Part shown: piece after piece, positions 58,514 through 64,000 of the stretch | Position numbering within the stretch: position 1 is the stretch's first letter | How the letters are laid out: every line of letters begins with the position of its first letter | Source: an uncultured Pseudobdellovibrionaceae bacterium | GTDB taxonomy: Bacteria > Bdellovibrionota > Bdellovibrionia > Bdellovibrionales > UBA1609 | DNA length: 64,000 nt | Direction of reading: 5' to 3' | NCBI GenBank assembly: GCA_963803705.1 | Contig: CAWDNU010000004.1 | Location: 704,001 to 768,000, forward strand | Notes under the pieces: model-generated | What the model was told of the DNA's origin: nothing | Databases searched by the model: none | The model's input: the letters and a program-made list of their open reading frames with translations, nothing else | Made by a program: the position numbers and the translations under genes

Positions 58514-59563
58514 TTAACCATTTGGAATCTTAGTATGTACTGCGAATCTATCAAATTCACCGTACTCGTGCAGCTTATTATATAAAGTCTTAATAGTTAT
58601 TCCTAAAGCTGTTGCTGCTTGCGTTTTATTTCCATCAAAATGGTTTAATGCTTTGATGATATACCGTTTCTCAAGCTCATGAATCGTTATAGCTGGATCG
58701 TAATCTTCCATAACAAAACGGCTTTCCTGGCTTTTAACAAAATCAGGTAGATCCTTAGGTGTTATAATTTCACCTTCAGATAATATTTGTAGCCTTTCGC
58801 AGACGTTTTGAAGTTCTCTGATGTTACCAGGCCAGTCGTACTTCAATAAAACGTCCATAGACTCTGGGTTCACAGAGATTCCACGATTTAAGTATCGGTG
58901 AGATCCATTTTTAAGAAAATAATCAATTAAAAGAGGAATGTCCTCTTTCCTTCTTCTTAATGGCGGAGAACTAATCACAATAGTATTGATCCGGTAGTAA
59001 AGATCTTCCCTAAAGCTTCCTCTGGCTACTTCTTTATCAAGCTCTTTATTTGTGGCACTAACTAAACGAATATCAACTTTTATAGGCTCTTTACCACCAA
59101 CTCTAAATATTTCACCCTCTTGCAGAAAGCGTAAGAGTTTAGACTGTATACCTGGTGTTAACTCACCAATTTCATCTAAAAATAAGGTTCCACCATTGGC
59201 AGCTTCTGCCAATCCTATTTTTCTAGCGTAAGCTCCAGTAAAAGCTCCTTTCTCGTGACCAAAAAGTTCACTTTCCAAAAGAGTTTCTCTTAAAGCCCCA
59301 CAATTGATGGCTACGAAAGGCTTATTCTTTCTTTGGCTTCGATCATGGATGGCTTGAGCTATTAGCTCTTTACCGGTCCCACTTTCACCTAAAACTAAGA
59401 CGGTTGCACTGGATGGAGCCACCCTGTCTACCATCTTTATTAACTGATCCATGAGTTCAGACTTATAAACAATTGTTTTCTTCGGTGTGAATGGCTCGAT
59501 CTTTGGTACAAATCGAGTTTGCTCACCAACAGACAATGAGGTCGGTTTAGAATATTCGGACAT
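58514..59563 (-). CDS. Sigma54 enhancer-binding protein without a sensory domain
   Basis: GESGTGKE, GAFTGA, FLDEIGE, WPGNIREL, Fis HTH. Confidence 0.93.
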   Translation of the reverse strand: MSEYSKPTSLSVGEQTRFVPKIEPFTPKKTIVYKSELMDQLIKMVDRVAPSSATVLVLGESGTGKELIAQAIHDRSQRKNKPFVAINCGALRETLLESELFGHEKGAFTGAYARKIGLAEAANGGTLFLDEIGELTPGIQSKLLRFLQEGEIFRVGGKEPIKVDIRLVSATNKELDKEVARGSFREDLYYRINTIVISSPPLRRRKEDIPLLIDYFLKNGSHRYLNRGISVNPESMDVLLKYDWPGNIRELQNVCERLQILSEGEIITPKDLPDFVKSQESRFVMEDYDPAITIHELEKRYIIKALNHFDGNKTQAATALGITIKTLYNKLHEYGEFDRFAVHTKIPNG

Positions 59564-59738
59564 ACGTACAACTCCTTAGTTTGGTTACTTAAAAACCTTG
59601 CCGAGTGAACCTCTAAATACCGGACGTTTGTCTCAATTTGGTACTTAGCGTCAGGACGTTTGTACTGCATGCTTGAAAAATATGCAAGTAATTTTTTTAA
59701 AAAAAGCATAATATTTACAGTTAAGGAGGAATTTTAAC

Positions 59739-60770
59739 ATTAGTAGCGACGATCAAAACATCAAAGATATATTAGTTAACTACCTGAATTTTCTGTGCTT
59801 TTCTGGAAAATACAGCTATAACTCAAGCCTAAACTACCTGTCCGACTTAAACCAATACTTTACCCCATTATTACAGGGTCAGTTTTTGGTAGATAATAGC
59901 AATAAATGCATTTTCTTTAAGCAAATACGGGCTAAAAAATTAAATAAAGGAAACATTGATGCTTCTTTTACCGCAGCTCAAAGTCGACAGCTTGTCTCTC
60001 AGACAGAACCAATTGGTTTTCAAAGCTTAAAATATATTATAAAAATCGCGTACGATCACTCAAAACAAAAACTTTCAACCCTTTCGCCTACAAGTAGACG
60101 TCGTAAGCTTTCATCGCTTAAGGGCTTCAGCAAGTGGTGCTTAGAACAAGAACTTATAGATTCTGACCCTATGCGATCTGCTCCAACGACAAAATTAAAG
60201 GAACTACTTCCAAAGTATTTAAATTTGGACGAGATTTTAGTTTACTACGAATCTTTAAGGTCAGATGTAGAAAATGAACCTTTTAAATATCAAAACGAAT
60301 TACTATGTTTTCTAGTTTTTTATGGATGTGGACTAAGACTAGATGAAACTTGCAATATCAGGTCTGAAAATATCGATCTAAAAAATTGCAGAATACTAAT
60401 CAAAGGTAAAGGCTCTACAGAAAGGTTCGCTATTCTACCAGATTTTGTGATTAGAAGACTTAAGGCCCTTTGGACGCCAACGGATAACTACCTTTATGGT
60501 AAGAAAGCTTTAGTAAATCGCACAGTTTATAATTGGGTTAGAAAAAGGGGCCTTAAAGCCGGTCTACATAAACCCGTCCATCCCCACATGTTCAGACATA
60601 GTTTTGCTACACATATGCTTCGAGAAAAAACTGATCTAAGACATCTTCAAGAACTGCTAGGCCATAGTTCGCTAGTAGCAACCCAGCGCTACACTCACCT
60701 TGATAAAGACCAGATACTTCAAAGCTTAGAAAGCTTCCATCCCTTATCAGATAGTGACATCAAAAAGTGA
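59739..60770 (+). CDS. xerC: XerC/XerD-like tyrosine recombinase (probable ATT start)
   Basis: GLRLDE, GKG, HPHMFRHSFATH, LQELLGH, TQRYTH; N-terminal core-binding domain extends upstream of the TTG at 59886. Confidence 0.8.
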   Translation: MSSDDQNIKDILVNYLNFLCFSGKYSYNSSLNYLSDLNQYFTPLLQGQFLVDNSNKCIFFKQIRAKKLNKGNIDASFTAAQSRQLVSQTEPIGFQSLKYIIKIAYDHSKQKLSTLSPTSRRRKLSSLKGFSKWCLEQELIDSDPMRSAPTTKLKELLPKYLNLDEILVYYESLRSDVENEPFKYQNELLCFLVFYGCGLRLDETCNIRSENIDLKNCRILIKGKGSTERFAILPDFVIRRLKALWTPTDNYLYGKKALVNRTVYNWVRKRGLKAGLHKPVHPHMFRHSFATHMLREKTDLRHLQELLGHSSLVATQRYTHLDKDQILQSLESFHPLSDSDIKK

Positions 60771-60819
60771 AGGCGAGCACAAAACAAATTCTTTTGAAGA
60801 TTAAGTAGTAAAAACCTGT

Positions 60820-60840
60820 ATGAATCTTCCACAGGCCCTA
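60820..60840. repeat. 21-bp inverted repeat (left copy)
   Basis: ATGAATCTTCCACAGGCCCTA, reverse complement of 62026-62046. Confidence 0.85.
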
Positions 60841-60890
60841 GTATTAAATATCTAATATGGTAAATCTCTGTGCTATAAGGAGTTCATTTT

Positions 60891-62000
60891 ATGAAAGCAC
60901 TGTTTTTGGTCATTTCGATTTTAATATTTTCTTCGGTCTGTTATTCTGTATCACCCAAACTTTCAGATATGTTTTATCAAGATGACGACTACATTTACCG
61001 TTCTATTCCCTTTCACATTAACCTGGATGACACTCAATTGATGGCTAAATTGATTGATGCAGCCACTGTTGAATCATTAAACCTGACTCGTAAAATAATT
61101 TCTGATGTTACAAAAAAGTCTGACTCATCAGCCTTAAAACAGATTCAAGATCAGATCGAGGGTGTTTTAAATGTAGATAAAGCCTTAGAGGATTTAAATC
61201 TGCAAATTGGCACCTTCGCTAATTCAACTAAATCCCGAGGTTGGGACATTGCTGACTTACTACCTAAAGGTCTAATTGTCTTTGGCGGTGTTAGCGGTTC
61301 TTTAAGTGTTGGCATTTCTGTTAGCGGTTCGGCTACGGTTGGGTTCATAATATTTATAGATAAAATTGATCGAATTAAAAAATCTGAACTCAACAATTAT
61401 ATAGAGAGTGCCAGTAGTGACTTAGAGCTCGTTCAGATAAAAAAAATATTTTCTTCAGTAAGTGTGGATTTTAATGAATCATTTAGAGTTGCGTTTGGCA
61501 TTAAAAATTCGCTAACGGGCATTGATCCTGCAAATTCTTTAGAAGTTCAAACCTACTATAATCCAGACATAGCACCTGTAATTATTTTTGCTCCAGCATT
61601 TGGAGCTGGTTTAGGTGGCGGTTTGAGTCTAAGGGTTGGAATCGCACCAGTTTGGTGGCGTGGATATAAAATTCTAGAACCAGAAGATTTATATGGCTGG
61701 GGCTTAGCCTATTCCCAAGATGTGAGCGCATCAGCAGGCTTTAACTTTAAGGCAGGATTTATAGATAGTGATTCCGTAGAAGGTCCCAGCTTTTTTGGTA
61801 CAAGTATAGATTACTTTCTTGCAAGTGCAGCGCTAACCGTTGGGCCCCAAGCCGAATTTTCACCTGCTAAGATAAATGCTATTTTTATTAAACATCCAGA
61901 GGCCATAATTAGCGGCTTTAAAAGTCAGGCTCAAAGTATCTACAGTAGGCAACTGAAAGAATCTTCAACTGATTTGTGGAAAGATATTGTAGCTGAATAG
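60891..62000 (+). CDS. Exported hypothetical protein
   Basis: Signal peptide, AAGGAG RBS, glycine-rich beta segments. Confidence 0.8.
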   Translation: MKALFLVISILIFSSVCYSVSPKLSDMFYQDDDYIYRSIPFHINLDDTQLMAKLIDAATVESLNLTRKIISDVTKKSDSSALKQIQDQIEGVLNVDKALEDLNLQIGTFANSTKSRGWDIADLLPKGLIVFGGVSGSLSVGISVSGSATVGFIIFIDKIDRIKKSELNNYIESASSDLELVQIKKIFSSVSVDFNESFRVAFGIKNSLTGIDPANSLEVQTYYNPDIAPVIIFAPAFGAGLGGGLSLRVGIAPVWWRGYKILEPEDLYGWGLAYSQDVSASAGFNFKAGFIDSDSVEGPSFFGTSIDYFLASAALTVGPQAEFSPAKINAIFIKHPEAIISGFKSQAQSIYSRQLKESSTDLWKDIVAE

Positions 62001-62025
62001 AATTTTAAAATATTTGACCGGGTCT

Positions 62026-62046
62026 TAGGGCCTGTGGAAGATTCAT
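62026..62046. repeat. 21-bp inverted repeat (right copy)
   Basis: TAGGGCCTGTGGAAGATTCAT. Confidence 0.85.
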
Positions 62047-62057
62047 CTAGTTATTTA

Positions 62058-62720
62058 CTACTTCATCTTCGAAGAATTTGTCTTTAAAACTTTTTTTCGT
62101 TGGTCTGATTTTTTTAACTTTATTTTCAAATTATCTCTTATTTTGGAGACGGAAAAATTTGTTTCTTCTCCATTCAAAAATTGTTTTACTAACAAAAAGG
62201 TGAGTTTATCCCAGTTCTTCAGACACATATCAGGAACGAATGTTTTAAATAGTGGCGTTTGATTTTTCGCCTCGTTAACCAGAATTGTTTTGGCACCAAG
62301 TTCGTGACCCACTACAAGATCTCGCCATTTGTCACCAACAAATACACAATTTTTTAAATCAACTTCATAGTCGGAAGTTGAATTTTTTGTTAGTCCCGGT
62401 CCGGGCTTACGCCGATAATGTCTGTGATGGTAAGGAGCAGAGTAGAAATCCAAAATATGGATGCCGTTTAAATTTAGTATATTTTGTAACTTTTTATGTA
62501 TGAGTTCTAAATTCTTAGGGCTAACTAAACCTCTGGTAAGACCTGATTGATTAGTGGTTACTATGAATTCAAAACCTAGATTCCTGAACACTTTTAGGGC
62601 TGCACAGACACCATCCAGTAGAACGACTTTACTAGGGTCGTTTAGATAACCATAGTCTTTAATCAGTGTATCATCCCGATCTAAAAATACAATTTTTCGA
62701 CTTCGTCGTAAATATTTCAA
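62058..62720 (-). CDS. gmhB: D,D-heptose 1,7-bisphosphate phosphatase-like HAD hydrolase
   Basis: FLDRDDTL, TNQSG, RKPGPG, VGDKWRD. Confidence 0.82.
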   Translation of the reverse strand: MKYLRRSRKIVFLDRDDTLIKDYGYLNDPSKVVLLDGVCAALKVFRNLGFEFIVTTNQSGLTRGLVSPKNLELIHKKLQNILNLNGIHILDFYSAPYHHRHYRRKPGPGLTKNSTSDYEVDLKNCVFVGDKWRDLVVGHELGAKTILVNEAKNQTPLFKTFVPDMCLKNWDKLTFLLVKQFLNGEETNFSVSKIRDNLKIKLKKSDQRKKVLKTNSSKMK

Positions 62721-62808
62721 GTAGCACCACTTAGAGTTTAGTCTTTTAGTACCTTACCAAAATATAAAACAATATACAGGCGAGAAACTGCAGCATCTTT
62801 GAAAACAA

Positions 62809-63402
62809 TCAAACTTCTAGAAGCTGTTCAATAAAGTTTTCGATCTCGAAAGCGCTACGACGCAAAACAGGCTCTAAATTATGCCCCACTGGAATCTTGT
62901 CGCAATCGTACAGGGATAAAGTGATAAAAGGCTCTAGGTCGTTTGTTCTATCTAAAACTCCCTGTAAATCTAAAAATTTAAGCTCAAATTGAGCTTTTAA
63001 AACAGACTGGTTTTTACAAGTCTCCAGACTTCTTAATGTGTGAATAAGCAGATCAAAGACCCGAGTGGAATCATCCAGACTTGAAATCTGAACCTTATTT
63101 AGAATTTTTAGAAAGTACAGCGACAATTTTATTCTGTCGTAGTCGGATTTTAATTTCGGAAAGTCATATATGATTTGGGCTTCACTTAAAAAATGAAACT
63201 CTGATTCTGGCTTCTTCGGACCAATCTGCAGTTCAAGATATTTCAAAGGATCAAGCAATCCCCCACCAAATCTTTTTTTACTTTTTAAGGCCGCTTTAGC
63301 AAACAAGGTAATTTTCTCGCCAGAGGAAAGCAGCGCCTTTAAGATTAGGTCGGATTCTTGATATAGAATTTTTTTTAAAATAATTCCTTTTACATTTTGC
63401 AT
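62809..63402 (-). CDS. recO: DNA repair protein RecO
   Basis: GIILK...ESDLI, AKAALKSKKRFGGG.L.P, FELKFL. Confidence 0.88.
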   Translation of the reverse strand: MQNVKGIILKKILYQESDLILKALLSSGEKITLFAKAALKSKKRFGGGLLDPLKYLELQIGPKKPESEFHFLSEAQIIYDFPKLKSDYDRIKLSLYFLKILNKVQISSLDDSTRVFDLLIHTLRSLETCKNQSVLKAQFELKFLDLQGVLDRTNDLEPFITLSLYDCDKIPVGHNLEPVLRRSAFEIENFIEQLLEV

Positions 63403-63497
63403 GGCTTACTATAAAGCGGTCAGTCGATTTGAGCTGGGGACGATGCGTAAGGATTTAAGGTCGTTTTATTCTTTGCAACTATAGATTTAATAATAAA

Positions 63498-63532
63498 TCT
63501 AACAGGGAAAACAGAAGTTTAACCTGTTAGAT
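63498..63532. terminator. Hairpin, probable terminator
   Basis: TCTAACAGG / CCTGTTAGA stem downstream of the last ORF. Confidence 0.5.
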
Positions 63533-63591
63533 AGAAATAATAAGTAAATAATAAATAGCTAGTATTTATTAACTGGTTGTACCTAGAGCGA

Positions 63592-64000
63592 TTAATCGTC
63601 AAACCTAACGATTATGACTGACTTACCAGTGTCACCATTTTCTTTGATGATTTTATACTTTGATTTTAAAAGTGAAGTTTCAGCGGCTTCATTTTTAACA
63701 GCTGATTTTACTTTATTTTCTTTGGTGTTGAATGTTCTAGCCAAAAAGTTAGGGCTCTCGGCCATATTGAAAACCTCGTAGTCATCAACATCTAGCTTTA
63801 ATTGTTTAACATAAGCCTTAATTGATTCTGACCTTTTGTCAGCAATTTTTCTTTGAGCTGAGCTTAACGATTTGCCTTTACTTGGAATAGGTTCGTCAGA
63901 CCATGTAGCTATAGAAATGTCTACATCTTTACCTTTTTTCATAAAGTTTTTAAGAAGTTTGCTTATTTCTGTTCGTTGGGACTCATTAAGGTTAGTTGAA
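63592..64000 (-). CDS. Hypothetical protein (5' end beyond the window)
   Basis: Frame stays open from 63592 to the window edge. Confidence 0.7.
   Translation of the reverse strand, partial: STNLNESQRTEISKLLKNFMKKGKDVDISIATWSDEPIPSKGKSLSSAQRKIADKRSESIKAYVKQLKLDVDDYEVFNMAESPNFLARTFNTKENKVKSAVKNEAAETSLLKSKYKIIKENGDTGKSVIIVRFDD

Noticed and set aside
59739..60770. Second integrative element around the Xer-like recombinase
   Set aside because: Motifs fit housekeeping XerC/D; no direct-repeat att sites or mobile cargo

Overview
AT-rich bacterial chromosome segment, probably Bdellovibrionota (inferred from gene content and an R-E-I-A-S type motif in a secreted protein). Positions 1-9011 hold the minus-strand core cluster tRNA-Gly, tRNA-Thr, tuf, tRNA-Trp, secE, nusG, rplK, rplA, rplJ, rplL and rpoB; several of these carry single-base frameshifts that look like assembly errors. 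A ~31.9 kb podovirus-like prophage (integrase, terminase, portal, scaffold, capsid, tail and ejection proteins, holin, VapE-like helicase, RusA) is integrated in tRNA-Gly(TCC) between 52-bp att repeats (8963-9014, 40899-40950). Unusually, these duplicate the 5' half of the tRNA, so the prophage splits the Thr-Tyr-Gly-Thr-tuf cluster. The most notable signals are inside the prophage. First, a ~410-nt structured non-coding RNA with its own sigma70 promoter and ROOL-like motifs is interrupted by an IS481-family element, and its long-range helices close only across the IS. Second, a phage-specific promoter-like box (TTACCAAGTAATAGTAAG) occurs seven times ahead of phage genes. Third, no repressor or endolysin is recognisable. 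Positions 41-64 kb are ordinary host genes (rlmB-like, pyrF, proS, ntrYX-like, rib genes, clpB, terC, xerC-like, gmhB, recO) with several small palindromic or MITE-like elements.
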